DNA of 64,000 bases, taken from Vicinamibacterales bacterium. GTDB lineage: Bacteria > Acidobacteriota > Vicinamibacteria > Vicinamibacterales > CAVVIG01. Location: assembly GCA_036004865.1 (NCBI GenBank), contig DASYQZ010000046.1, positions 11,473-75,472 of the forward strand, read 5' to 3'. A model generated the notes under the pieces. It was not told the origin of the DNA. It saw only the letters and a program-made list of their open reading frames with translations, and did no database searches. Below, piece by piece: positions 46,852 through 55,994 of this stretch (positions are counted from its first letter, which is position 1; each line of letters opens with the position of its first letter). Position numbers and translations under genes: made by a program.

Positions 46852-48158
46852 AGCGAATCCTCCAGAATGGGCTCGGGCGTGCCCAGCAGGGTTTGTTTGA
46901 CGCGCCGCCAGAAGCTGCTGCGGCGGCGCGGTTGGAACATGTAGCTCGGAGCCTGTGGCCGCGGCGCCGGCGGCCACGCGGCCGCGCCGCCGGAGGATGT
47001 CCCCGGGGCCGCTCCGGTCGCCGCGGCTGCGGGCTTGCCTTCGAGCGGATGACTGCGCAGCAGCCGGTACTGTTCGGCGAGCACGCGCCGCTGTTCCGCC
47101 AGCTCGCGCTCGCGGCCGGCGATGTCGGCCTCGCGCGCCCGCATCTGACTTTCCCGGTCGGCGAGCTCACGCGCCCGCTTCTCGTCCTCCGCGGTCCGCG
47201 CCATGACCGCAGCCGCTGTAGCCGCCGCGGCAAGCTGCGCCCCGTTCGGATCGATGACCGCGCCGACGCCTTGCATCGCCACGGCCGCGGCCGCCGGATC
47301 GGCGGGCACCACCGACGCGTGGCGATTCGGATTGGATCGCGGGCCGAGCACGCCGGTCGCATCGAGATCGGCGATGACGTCGTCGATCAGCGCCGCGTCG
47401 ATTTCGCTCCGCTCCTCGCCGTACCCGAACACGAGCGTCGCGTCGGCGATGACGTTGATCAGCCGCGGCACGCCGCCGCTGCGGGCGTGAATGCGATCGG
47501 TGCCGGCGCGCTCGAACTCCATCGGCGCGCCGACCGCGGCGCGCTGGAGCCGGTGATTGATGTAGCGCGACGTCTCCTCGGCGTCGAGCGCCTCGAGGTG
47601 ATAGCTGACCGTGATGCGCTGGCGGAGCTGCTCGAGCTCCGGCCGATCGAGCTTGTCTCGCAGATCCGGCTGCCCGATCAGGATGATCTGCAGCAGCTTC
47701 GACTTCTCGGTTTCGAGGTTCGACAGCATCCGGATTTCCTCGAGCGCCGGCAGCGTCAGGTTCTGGGCTTCGTCGATGACGAGCAGCACGAGCCGTCCGG
47801 CCGCACGCTCGTTGACGAGGAACTCGCCGAACTCCTTCAGCATGATCGGCTTCGATTTGCCCGTCGGATCGAGGCCGACGTCGATCATCGCGGCTTCGAG
47901 CAGCTCTCGCGGATCGAGCAGCGTGTTCATCACGCGCGCGACCGTCGTCTGGCTGTCGAGGCCGCGAACCAGCGTCTGCAACAGCGTCGTCTTGCCGGAT
48001 CCGATCGCCCCGGTGATGACCACGAATCCGGCGTGGCTCTCGATGCCGTACCGGAGATAACTGAGCGCCTCTTTGTGAACCCGGCTCGGATAGAGGTAGT
48101 CGGGGTCGGGCGTCAGAGCGAAGGGCCGTTCGCGGAGGCGATAGAAGCGTTCGTACAT
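46848..48158 (-). CDS. ExeA/GspA-like AAA ATPase (PEP-CTERM-locus secretion ATPase type) with coiled-coil tail
   Basis: FALTPDPDYLYPS, Walker A GAIGSGKTT and Walker B LLVIDEAQ. GGAGAG lies before the ATG. Confidence 0.85.
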   Translation of the reverse strand: MYERFYRLRERPFALTPDPDYLYPSRVHKEALSYLRYGIESHAGFVVITGAIGSGKTTLLQTLVRGLDSQTTVARVMNTLLDPRELLEAAMIDVGLDPTGKSKPIMLKEFGEFLVNERAAGRLVLLVIDEAQNLTLPALEEIRMLSNLETEKSKLLQIILIGQPDLRDKLDRPELEQLRQRITVSYHLEALDAEETSRYINHRLQRAAVGAPMEFERAGTDRIHARSGGVPRLINVIADATLVFGYGEERSEIDAALIDDVIADLDATGVLGPRSNPNRHASVVPADPAAAAVAMQGVGAVIDPNGAQLAAAATAAAVMARTAEDEKRARELADRESQMRAREADIAGRERELAEQRRVLAEQYRLLRSHPLEGKPAAAATGAAPGTSSGGAAAWPPAPRPQAPSYMFQPRRRSSFWRRVKQTLLGTPEPILEDSL

Positions 48159-48170
48159 GGGTTCTCTCCG

Positions 48171-49010
48171 TTACTCGCCGGCTGCGCGAGGCAACGCGGC
48201 AACGTCGCCGGCGAGGGGCGGACACGCGGGTCCGCCCCTACCAAACAGCGCGTTGTCTGCGACTCTTGTAGGGGCCGACCCACGTGTCGGCCCTTCGAAT
48301 TCCTCGATCGCGGGCAAGACGTCGTGGATCGCGCGCTCGTAATCCTCGGGGAAGTCAATTTCCGTCCAGGGATATCCGCGCGTGCCAATCACGTGCAGCG
48401 GCCGCCGCTGCGCGAAGTCGCCGAACGCTCTCGGCGCCCAGTCCCGCAGGTGGCCGCCGGCGACCCGCTCGTCCAGCAGCCGGCTCAGCAGCCGGGCGCC
48501 GTCGCCGCCGAACTTGACGATGCCGAGGTTCTCGCCGTCGGTGTCCTCGGGCGCGAGCGTCTTCGCGATGTCGACGACGCAGCCGCGCCGGACTTTGATC
48601 TTCATTTCCTCATCCGTGAACGGGCCGTCGCTGTACGCCATCAGCAGCGCGTCGGCGTGCCGCGCGGTCACCAGGTCCTCGAGCAGCTGCGGATGGAAGA
48701 GCACGTCACAGTTCATCACGACGAAACCGTCGAGCAGCAGAGGCCGTGCCAGCCAGAGCGAATACAGACTGTTCGTCTGCGCGAACCGCGTGTTCTCGAC
48801 GTAGGTGAGCCCGTGCCCACACGTGCGCCGTACGCGCTCGGCCTGGCAGCCGACGACGACGGCGATGTCGTCGATGCCTACCGCGCGCAAGGAATCGATT
48901 TGCCGTTCCACCAAGGTGCGATCGCCGACACGCAGCAGGCATTTGGGCTTGTCGCCAAGCGTCCCGTTCAAGCGCGACCCTTTGCCCGCCGCGAGAATGA
49001 TCCCGCGCAT
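48171..49010 (-). CDS. Nucleotidyltransferase (LicC/MobA-like, probable cytidylyltransferase)
   Basis: GIILAAGKGSRL signature with a GGAGG Shine-Dalgarno sequence. The last 45 aa or so run through two REP-like hairpins. Confidence 0.7.
   Translation of the reverse strand: MRGIILAAGKGSRLNGTLGDKPKCLLRVGDRTLVERQIDSLRAVGIDDIAVVVGCQAERVRRTCGHGLTYVENTRFAQTNSLYSLWLARPLLLDGFVVMNCDVLFHPQLLEDLVTARHADALLMAYSDGPFTDEEMKIKVRRGCVVDIAKTLAPEDTDGENLGIVKFGGDGARLLSRLLDERVAGGHLRDWAPRAFGDFAQRRPLHVIGTRGYPWTEIDFPEDYERAIHDVLPAIEEFEGPTRGSAPTRVADNALFGRGGPACPPLAGDVAALPRAAGE
48214..48239. repeat. REP-like hairpin (GTAGGGGCGGACCCGCGTGTCCGCCCC on the minus strand)
   Basis: The stem AGGGGCGGAC / GTCCGCCCCT has a 6-nt loop. 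It is inverted relative to the 48271-48293 copy. Confidence 0.7.
48271..48293. repeat. REP-like hairpin (GTAGGGGCCGACCCACGTGTCGGCCC on the plus strand)
   Basis: Stem GGGGCCGAC / GTCGGCCC. It pairs with 48214-48239 as an inverted doublet. Confidence 0.7.
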
Positions 49011-49023
49011 CTGTCCTCCGACC

Positions 49024-49043
49024 GGACGGCCTGAAGGCCGTCC
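49024..49043. repeat. Hairpin GGACGGCC-TGAA-GGCCGTCC (ATAGGG-prefixed on the minus strand)
   Basis: Perfect 8-bp stem in the 64-nt spacer between the flippase stop and the nucleotidyltransferase start. No U-tract follows it. Confidence 0.6.
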
Positions 49044-49074
49044 CTATCGTGTTGTTCGTCCCAACGCGGCGCGC

Positions 49075-50652
49075 TTATGCCGCCGCGACGATGTTTCTCC
49101 GTGCCCGCATCAACTCCATCGCCTTCGCGATGTACGTCCGCCGCTCATCTCTCTTCACAGCGAATGCCAGAAACGTGACGGCATAGCAGATGCCGCCGAC
49201 GGCCGCGACGAATCCGACGCTGACCAGCCCCATCGGCAGCGCCTCGCGCAGCGGGACGACGACCAGCGCCATCACCGCAATCGGCCACAACGCCGGCCAC
49301 ACCGCCTCGAGAAACGCACTCGCGGCGTTGACGCCGACGCGGCGGCATGCCGCAGGCCACAGCACGAAGATCGAGGTGAGCGCCACCGGCACGAGCGTTC
49401 CCATGGCCTGACCGACGAGGCCGTAGCGACGAATCCACAGCAGGCTCAGCGCGAGGTTCGCGAGCGCCGCGCCCGCGTTGGTGAACGCGAGCAGCCGGTG
49501 CCGTCCCGCGCCTTTCAGTAGCGTCGTCGCGGTCGCGCTGCCGACGCGAATGGCGACCACCCCGACGAGAATCTGCGCGACGAGGACGCTCTCGTCGAAC
49601 CGCGGGCCGACCCAGGCGTGAATGAGGGGCGCCGCCAGCATCACGAGCGCCGCCGCGATCGGCACCACGCTGACGAGCGAGAGCCGGGTCCCTTCGATGA
49701 AAATCGCGCGCAGCCGCTCCGGCTTTTGCCCGGCGTCGCTGTCGACGACGACGGGGAAGAGGACGCCGTTCAACTGATTCGTGAGCCGCTGCAGCATCTC
49801 GGCGAGGCGCTGCGGCACGGTCCACAGCGTGACGGCGGCGGCCGACATGAAGGCGCCGATCACGATCGCGTCGATCGAGTAGTTCAGCTTGTTCGACCAG
49901 TCGATGATCGAGACGTAGACGCTGAAGCCGGTCAGCTCGCGTACGCGCGACCAGAGAAACAGCGACGGCCGCAGCGACAGTGCCGGAAATACTCGATACG
50001 CATTGAGGCGGTACACGAAGTAGGTGAGCAGACGTACGGTCGTCGTCACCAGCACGAGCTGCACGAGACCGAAGCCCATCATCAGCATGGCGACGTTCAC
50101 AGCCGCGACAATCAGGCTGCTCACGACGCCGACGAGGTTGTTCAGGTCGTAGCGCTGGAAGCCGTTGATGATGCCGCCGAAGACGCTGAACGGGAACCCG
50201 AGCGAGACGTAGACGCCGATGATGAGCATCAGCGAGCGCGCCGTCGCTTCCTGCTCCGGCGTGATATTGACGATGCGGCCAACGTAGAAGCTCAGCGTGA
50301 CGAAGACGAGATACGCGAGCGTGCCCGTCACCGCGAAGATGCCGAAGAGCGTGCTGGCGATTTCGTTCAGACTGCGGACGTCCCGCTTCGCGCGATAGTG
50401 CGCGACGAACTTCACGATCGATCCGCCGAAGCCGAGATCGAGGACCGAGAAATACGTCGTCATCGATGCCGTCAGCATCCACAGCCCGTACGCCGAGGGC
50501 CCGAGATGGCTGATGTTGAAAGGGAGCAGCATCAACCCGATCACCGCGTCGACGCCGATGGCGAGATAGCGAGTCGACACGTTGCGCGCGACGGTCACGA
50601 GCCGACGGTCGTCGTCGCCCCACGGATCGGTGCGCACCTGGCCGCCGATCAC
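49075..50652 (-). CDS. MOP-superfamily polysaccharide flippase (Wzx-like)
   Basis: About 12-14 hydrophobic helices. GTG 50652 overlaps the upstream stop (GTGA). Confidence 0.8.
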   Translation of the reverse strand: MIGGQVRTDPWGDDDRRLVTVARNVSTRYLAIGVDAVIGLMLLPFNISHLGPSAYGLWMLTASMTTYFSVLDLGFGGSIVKFVAHYRAKRDVRSLNEIASTLFGIFAVTGTLAYLVFVTLSFYVGRIVNITPEQEATARSLMLIIGVYVSLGFPFSVFGGIINGFQRYDLNNLVGVVSSLIVAAVNVAMLMMGFGLVQLVLVTTTVRLLTYFVYRLNAYRVFPALSLRPSLFLWSRVRELTGFSVYVSIIDWSNKLNYSIDAIVIGAFMSAAAVTLWTVPQRLAEMLQRLTNQLNGVLFPVVVDSDAGQKPERLRAIFIEGTRLSLVSVVPIAAALVMLAAPLIHAWVGPRFDESVLVAQILVGVVAIRVGSATATTLLKGAGRHRLLAFTNAGAALANLALSLLWIRRYGLVGQAMGTLVPVALTSIFVLWPAACRRVGVNAASAFLEAVWPALWPIAVMALVVVPLREALPMGLVSVGFVAAVGGICYAVTFLAFAVKRDERRTYIAKAMELMRARRNIVAAA

Positions 50653-52022
50653 TTCGCGCCCTTTCCGAAGAGGATGACTTTCACCGTGTCGAGCACGATC
50701 GTCAGGTCGAAGAAAATCGACAGGTGCTTGATGTAGTAGAGGTCGTAGCGGAGCTTCTCCATCGCATCTTCGATGCTGGAGCCGTAGCGGTACTTGACCT
50801 GGGCCCATCCGGTCACGCCCGGCTTCACCGCGTGGCGCTGCATGTAGAAGGGAATCTCCTGCGCGAGCTGCGCGACGAAGAACGGGCGCTCGGGCCGCGG
50901 ACCGACGAAGCTCATGTCGCCGTTCAGCACGTTCCAGAGCTGCGGCAGCTCGTCGAGCCGCGTCAGGCGGATGAACCGGCCGACGCGCGTCACGCGCGGA
51001 TCCCGATCGGTCGCCCAGATCGGCGCCCCCGCCAGCTCGGCGTCGGTGCGCATCGAACGGAACTTGTAGATCTTGAAGACGCAGCCGTTCTCGCCGACGC
51101 GCTCCTGGCTGTAGAGCGCGGGACCGGCGGAGTCGAGCTTCACGGCAATCGCCGTCAGCAGCATCAACGGCGACGCCAGGATGAAGCCGATGAGCGAGAG
51201 CGAGAGATCGAGCATGCGCTTGACGAACCGCGTCCAGCGCGACGCGCGGAACCCGTCCGAGAAAATCAGCCAGCTTGGCTTCAGGTCGTCGATCAGAATC
51301 TTGCCCGTGAGCCGCTCGTAGGTCGTCGTCGCGTCCTCGACGCGGACGCCCGACAGCTTCGCGCGCAGCAGCGGCTCGATCGGCAGCCGGCCGCGCCGGT
51401 CCGACAGCCCGACGACGATGCGATCGACGCGGCGTTGAGCGACGAGACGGTCGATGTCGTCGACGCCGCCGAGGACATCGTGCCGGCGGACGACGGAGCG
51501 GGCTTCGCGATCGTCCCGGTCGGAAATGAAGCCGACGAGGCGATACGCGAAGTCCTGCTGCGTGCCGATTTGCTGCGCGACTCGCTGCGCCGTGTGGCCG
51601 GTGCCCAGAATCAGCACGCGCTCCTCGAGATGCGGATCGCGCGCGAAGTAGTTGAAGGTGACGCGCCAGGTGAGCACGGCGACGACGAAGACACCGAGCG
51701 CCGTGACGAACGTGCCGGGATCCAGCGCCAGCGAGGGGGTGACGAACGCGGCGAACGCGAGCACGATGGCCGCGGCCCCCGCCGCCTGCAAGAGACGGAC
51801 GACCAGCTCACGATTCGAATGGACGACGGTGAGGTCGTAGAGATCGTTGTAGTAGAAGCACAACTGGCAGAGCGCCGTGACGACGGCGATCTGCCACAAC
51901 GTGGTCCCGAGCGCCGCGCCGTGAAGACTCGTCGCCAGCGCCATTGAACCCGAGATGAGAATCACCTCGAAGCCGAAAACGGTCAGGCCTCTGACCGACA
52001 CGTTGCGATTGAAGACCTGCAT
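50649..52022 (-). CDS. Polyprenyl-phosphate glycosyl-phosphotransferase (priming sugar transferase, PEP-CTERM-associated type)
   Basis: N-terminal TM block, then [26 protein letters not shown]. Confidence 0.85.
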   Translation of the reverse strand: MQVFNRNVSVRGLTVFGFEVILISGSMALATSLHGAALGTTLWQIAVVTALCQLCFYYNDLYDLTVVHSNRELVVRLLQAAGAAAIVLAFAAFVTPSLALDPGTFVTALGVFVVAVLTWRVTFNYFARDPHLEERVLILGTGHTAQRVAQQIGTQQDFAYRLVGFISDRDDREARSVVRRHDVLGGVDDIDRLVAQRRVDRIVVGLSDRRGRLPIEPLLRAKLSGVRVEDATTTYERLTGKILIDDLKPSWLIFSDGFRASRWTRFVKRMLDLSLSLIGFILASPLMLLTAIAVKLDSAGPALYSQERVGENGCVFKIYKFRSMRTDAELAGAPIWATDRDPRVTRVGRFIRLTRLDELPQLWNVLNGDMSFVGPRPERPFFVAQLAQEIPFYMQRHAVKPGVTGWAQVKYRYGSSIEDAMEKLRYDLYYIKHLSIFFDLTIVLDTVKVILFGKGAK

Positions 52023-52038
52023 CTCCGTGGATCCCTGT

Positions 52039-52155
52039 CATTGCGGATTGAGGATTGCGGATTGCGGATTTATTGGTGATTCATTGCGGATTCATGTGTC
52101 GAGTCAATCCCAAATCCCCAATAAATCCGCAATCCGCAATCCGAGATCCGCAATG
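52039..52155. repeat. CGGATTG-family palindromic element, short form
   Basis: CATTGCGGATTGAGGATTGCGGATTGCGGATTTATTGG ... CCAATAAATCCGCAATCCGCAATCCGAGATCCGCAATGG. It fills the spacer between stop 52157 and start 52022. Confidence 0.9.
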
Positions 52156-52156
52156 G

Positions 52157-53146
52157 CTAATGCCGCGTGGCCTCGTATCGATAATCGTCTTCGAGACCCG
52201 ACTCGTTCAGCACGATGCCGATCAGGCGGGATGAATCGAAGCCGCGCAGCGCGTTCTCGATCGCCGGCTTCGGCGTGACGCCGGCGCGGACGACGAGCAG
52301 CGCGCCGTCGACCATCGGCGCCAGCACGGCGACGTCGGCGAGCGGCAGGACCGGCGGCGTGTCGAGAATGACGCGATCGAACCGCGTGCGGAGCTGATCG
52401 AGCACGCGCCGCATCGCCGTCGAGCCGAGGAGCTCCGCCGGATTGGTCGGCGTCGCGCCGGCCGGAATCACCGTGAGGTTGTAATCCGGCAGGAACTTCA
52501 TCACGTCTTTCAGCTCCGCGGCGCCCGCGAGGAACTCGGCGAGACCGGGACCCGGCGGCAGTCCGAACAGATACTGCAGCGACGGCTTCCGCAGATCGGC
52601 TTCGAGAACCACCACACGCCGCTGCAGCTCCTGCGCCATCGTCAGCGCGAGGTTGGCGGCCGTGATCGATTTGCCCTCGCCCTTCTGCGGGCTGGTGACG
52701 AGCACCGAGCGCAACGCGTGCGCGTTTTCGGCGTGCGCGAGGCGCGTCCGGAGCTGGCGGTACTGTTCCGCCGCGAGCGACTTCGGCGCGAGGCCCGCGA
52801 CGAGCAGCGGGTTCAAGCGCGTCGTGAAGCTGTCAATCTCGGTCGCGGCCAGTGAGGCCGCGCTCGTGACTGCCGCCGGCGCCGCGGCCGTGGCCCCGGC
52901 GTAAGCGGTCTGATTCGGGACCGGCGTGCCCGGAACGATCAGCGCCGGCGCTTCGAGGACCGCGGGCGGCGTCGGAATCTCAATCGTCACGGGAACGGCG
53001 GCCGTCGTAATCGGTGCGATCGGAGCGGCCGGCGGCGGCGGAGCCGGCGCCGGCGCCGGAGTCGACACGTGACTGGCCAGACGGCTCGTCCGCAGGGCGG
53101 TGCCCTCGCGTTCTGCCTTCTCCAAAATATTCTGAATGCGACTCAT
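52157..53146 (-). CDS. CapB/CpsD-like P-loop ATPase (EPS tyrosine autokinase type)
   Basis: MSRIQNILEKAERE start, Pro/Ala-rich linker, Walker A SPQKGEGKS and DTPPVLP. Confidence 0.8.
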   Translation of the reverse strand: MSRIQNILEKAEREGTALRTSRLASHVSTPAPAPAPPPPAAPIAPITTAAVPVTIEIPTPPAVLEAPALIVPGTPVPNQTAYAGATAAAPAAVTSAASLAATEIDSFTTRLNPLLVAGLAPKSLAAEQYRQLRTRLAHAENAHALRSVLVTSPQKGEGKSITAANLALTMAQELQRRVVVLEADLRKPSLQYLFGLPPGPGLAEFLAGAAELKDVMKFLPDYNLTVIPAGATPTNPAELLGSTAMRRVLDQLRTRFDRVILDTPPVLPLADVAVLAPMVDGALLVVRAGVTPKPAIENALRGFDSSRLIGIVLNESGLEDDYRYEATRH

Positions 53147-53162
53147 CTTCGTATCCTCTCGT

Positions 53163-53271
53163 CATTGCGGATTGCGGATTGCGGAGTGCGGATTCATTTC
53201 GGATTGAATTGACCAATCGGCAATCGTCAATCGGCAATCAATCCGCATTCCGCAATCCTCAATCCGCAATG
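53163..53271. repeat. CGGATTG-family palindromic element, short form
   Basis: CATTGCGGATTGCGGATTGCGGAGTGCGGATTC ... AATCCGCATTCCGCAATCCTCAATCCGCAATG. It fills the spacer between stop 53278 and start 53146. Confidence 0.9.
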
Positions 53272-53277
53272 TCGCTG

Positions 53278-54750
53278 TCACACAGCCGGTTCGATGCGTG
53301 GGATTTCTGCGAGCACCGGCAGCTCGAACTCATCACGCAGACCGCGTGCGTCGTGCACCGAGCGATCCATATATTCGCGGCCGACCATCGCGGCGCCGCC
53401 GAGGACGAAGCCCGCCGCCAGCGCCATCAACATCACGCGAAACGGCTTCGGCTTGAACGGCTCGCTCGGCAGGCCGGCGGGCACCAGCACGGCGAACTGC
53501 TCGCCGCCCTGCTTGCGCTGCAGCTCTTCGTTCAGCAGCGACGCCTGCTTCTTCTGCGTCAGATCGTTGTAGGCGTTGCGCTCGAGGTCGTACTCGCGCT
53601 GCACCGCCACCATCTGCTGCTCGACGCGGGGGGCCGATTCGACGCGCGCCTGATAGCCGCCGATCTGCGAGTTGATGGCGGCGGTCTGCCGCTGCAGCTC
53701 GGTGATGCGCATCCTGGTCGTGTCGCGATCCTTCACGAGCTGGCGGTACTCAGGGTTCGAATTGAGGATCGCCATGCGATCGGCGGCGGGACGCGTCCGC
53801 TCGGCGGCCGCCGTTTTCTCGGCGGTGGCGAGCTCGTCCTTCAGCCGGATCACCTCGGGGTGCTTGTCGGTGTAGGCGAGCTGCGCGGTGGCGAGCTCGT
53901 GGCGCAGCGCGATGAGGCGCGTGGCCGCGGTCTCGCCGGGCGTGCCCTTCGCCATCGCGACGGCATCGTCCGCGCCCTGCTGCATCGATTCGATCTGCCG
54001 CTCGATCATCGACAGGCGATCCTGCTCGCCGCGCGTCGCCGTCGCGTTCGACTCGAGCTGCCGCTGCAGCGCCGAGACCATCGCGAGGTTCGCGTTGGTC
54101 TGCTCGGGCAGGCGTCCCATGTTGGACTCTTTCGTCTGCCGCAGACGCGCTTCGAGCGAACCCAGACGCGTCTCGCTCGCGCGCAGCTGGCCCTCGATGA
54201 ACTGCGAGGTGTCCTGCGCGCGAATCTCGCGCGACTTGCTGTTCTCGTCGGCGAACACCTGCGCGAGGCGGTTGACGATGCGCTGCGCGTCTTCCGGCGT
54301 GTCGTCGGTGTACGACACGATGTAGGTGTCGAGCGACGCCTTCTGATCGGCTGAGAGCTGCGTGCCCGGACCGCTCGAACCCGGCGTGATCGAGTCGGGC
54401 ATCGACACGGAGACCCCGCCGCGCAGCTGGGCGATCGCCGAATCGATCGAGCCCTGCTTGTCGAGGTGCTCGAGGCGCGCGGTGCGCTCGAGGACGGGCC
54501 GGCTCAGGAGCTGCTGCGACACGGCGCGCATGCGCTCCTGTTTGTCGATTTCAATCGGCTGGCCCACCAGATTCGGCGCGACGCGCGCCAGGCCGACCGC
54601 AATCGTGGTGGTCGCCTGGTAGGAGCGGGGCAGCGTCCACACGAGCGCCGTGCCGATGATGATCGCCAGCACGACCGGGACGATGAACCACCATTTGCGC
54701 CGATTGAATACCGAGATGTAGTCGAGCGGATCGAAACGAGGTTCTTCCAT
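53278..54750 (-). CDS. Polysaccharide chain-length determinant (Wzz/GumC-like)
   Basis: N-terminal TM helix (WWFIVPVVLAIIIG), a long coiled-coil periplasmic region and a C-terminal TM helix (VMLMALAAGFVLGGAAMV). ATGA overlap with the upstream gene. Confidence 0.8.
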   Translation of the reverse strand: MEEPRFDPLDYISVFNRRKWWFIVPVVLAIIIGTALVWTLPRSYQATTTIAVGLARVAPNLVGQPIEIDKQERMRAVSQQLLSRPVLERTARLEHLDKQGSIDSAIAQLRGGVSVSMPDSITPGSSGPGTQLSADQKASLDTYIVSYTDDTPEDAQRIVNRLAQVFADENSKSREIRAQDTSQFIEGQLRASETRLGSLEARLRQTKESNMGRLPEQTNANLAMVSALQRQLESNATATRGEQDRLSMIERQIESMQQGADDAVAMAKGTPGETAATRLIALRHELATAQLAYTDKHPEVIRLKDELATAEKTAAAERTRPAADRMAILNSNPEYRQLVKDRDTTRMRITELQRQTAAINSQIGGYQARVESAPRVEQQMVAVQREYDLERNAYNDLTQKKQASLLNEELQRKQGGEQFAVLVPAGLPSEPFKPKPFRVMLMALAAGFVLGGAAMVGREYMDRSVHDARGLRDEFELPVLAEIPRIEPAV

Positions 54751-55958
54751 CACTGCACCCTCACAGGCTTGGACGTCACGATCTGAATTCCCACGCGATT
54801 GCGATACAACTGGCCGCCCGCGCGCAGGCTGGTCTGCTGCACGCGCGCGTAGAACCCTTCGAATCGCACCCATCGCTGCGGCTCCCAGCCGACGACCGAA
54901 TAGGTGCGCAACGACCGCAACGGGAGCTGCTGCACCAGATCGGTGAGCGGCTGGTTGTCGCGGTAGACAATGGAGTTGTCGGTGTAGAAATGGCGGCTGC
55001 CGAAGAGCGGCGCGTGGAATCCGAGGCCGACCTCGTCGTTCTGAATCGTGCCGCCGAAGCCGAACGAGGGGATGTACGAACGCGAATAGCCGACGTGGAA
55101 TGCGGACGCGCCGCGATGCCGCTCGAGCGAGATGCGCCAGGCGGGCCCGGTTCGCGCCGACGTCACCGCCGTGCTTTCGAGGTAGACCGCGCCGCCGCCG
55201 CCGCTGAACGACCAGCTCGGCGAGAGCTCGTAGTCGACGGCGCCTTCGGCCGTGTGGATGTTGAACGTTTCCAGATCGCCGACGACGTGCGCGCGGCGGA
55301 ACGAGTAGTCGGTGCCGAACGCCAGGCGCGAGTCGATCCTGTGGCGCCAGATGTTCAGCGACTCGAGGACGTCGCCGCCGCGCAGGATCGCGCGCACATC
55401 GGGCGGGCGATCGAACTCGACGTGCTGAAAGTTCACCGAGCTCGTCAACGAATCGCGCGCGCCGAACGTGTATTCGACACCGCCGCGGCCGTCAGCCGTC
55501 TTCGCGCCGGTGTGGCGATACGGGAGGCCGCCGAGCTCGACGAGGTCGGTCGACGGCAGCATCGACGCGGCGGCGCGCGCGAACCAGTTCACCCGGGCCG
55601 TCTCCTGCCGCCGGAGCTCGATCCTCATGCGCTGGTCCCAGCGATTCAGCAGGGAGAACGTCCGGTAGTTGAGAAAGCTGCCGCTGTACGAGGAGCCGAA
55701 CCGCGTGTGCTTGCCCGAGTAGTGCAGATCCAACGCGGGAAAGAACGTCGTGATGTAGTCGTCGTTCTGATTCTCCGCCGTGTTCTGACCGAACAACGAG
55801 ATGTTGTCGTCATAGGTCTCGGCGAAGCCCAGCGTCGGCGTGATCGTCCACCCTGCGCGGTAGGTCTGCGGCCTGTTGCTCGATCCGACCCGCTCCTGCG
55901 CATGCGCAGTCGCGGCGACCAGCAGCGCGGCCAGCACGACGGTTATGCGTTTCGTCAT
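54750..55958 (-). CDS. Putative outer-membrane beta-barrel protein (PEP-CTERM-locus associated type)
   Basis: Signal peptide MTKRITVVLAALLVAATAHA. The composition is Tyr/Arg/Gly/Ser-rich and alternating. It lies between the exporter and the chain-length genes. Confidence 0.55.
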   Translation of the reverse strand: MTKRITVVLAALLVAATAHAQERVGSSNRPQTYRAGWTITPTLGFAETYDDNISLFGQNTAENQNDDYITTFFPALDLHYSGKHTRFGSSYSGSFLNYRTFSLLNRWDQRMRIELRRQETARVNWFARAAASMLPSTDLVELGGLPYRHTGAKTADGRGGVEYTFGARDSLTSSVNFQHVEFDRPPDVRAILRGGDVLESLNIWRHRIDSRLAFGTDYSFRRAHVVGDLETFNIHTAEGAVDYELSPSWSFSGGGGAVYLESTAVTSARTGPAWRISLERHRGASAFHVGYSRSYIPSFGFGGTIQNDEVGLGFHAPLFGSRHFYTDNSIVYRDNQPLTDLVQQLPLRSLRTYSVVGWEPQRWVRFEGFYARVQQTSLRAGGQLYRNRVGIQIVTSKPVRVQ

Positions 55959-55960
55959 AC

Positions 55961-55994
55961 GAATCCCAATCCCAAATCCCAAATCCCGAATCCC
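55961..55994. repeat. Half-array GAATCCC AATCCC AAATCCC AAATCCC GAATCCC
   Basis: Direct 6-7 nt units fill the spacer between the Wza-like stop (55995) and start 55958. Confidence 0.75.

Noticed and set aside
49024-49043. The hairpin after the flippase gene as a classical intrinsic terminator. The same question applies to the palindromic elements between convergent genes.
   Set aside because: None is followed by a U-tract on either strand. They are annotated as repeats, and a terminator function is left as a hypothesis for 3'-end mapping.
52039-52155. CGGATTG arrays as stacked sigma-54 binding sites. GGATTGCGGATTGC fulfils GG-N10-GC with TTGC at -12.
   Set aside because: The geometry follows automatically from a 7-nt period. 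The -24 half (CGGATT) is a poor match to TGGCAC. The other unit families lack the feature. It is kept only as a curiosity that ChIP or transcription-start data could test.
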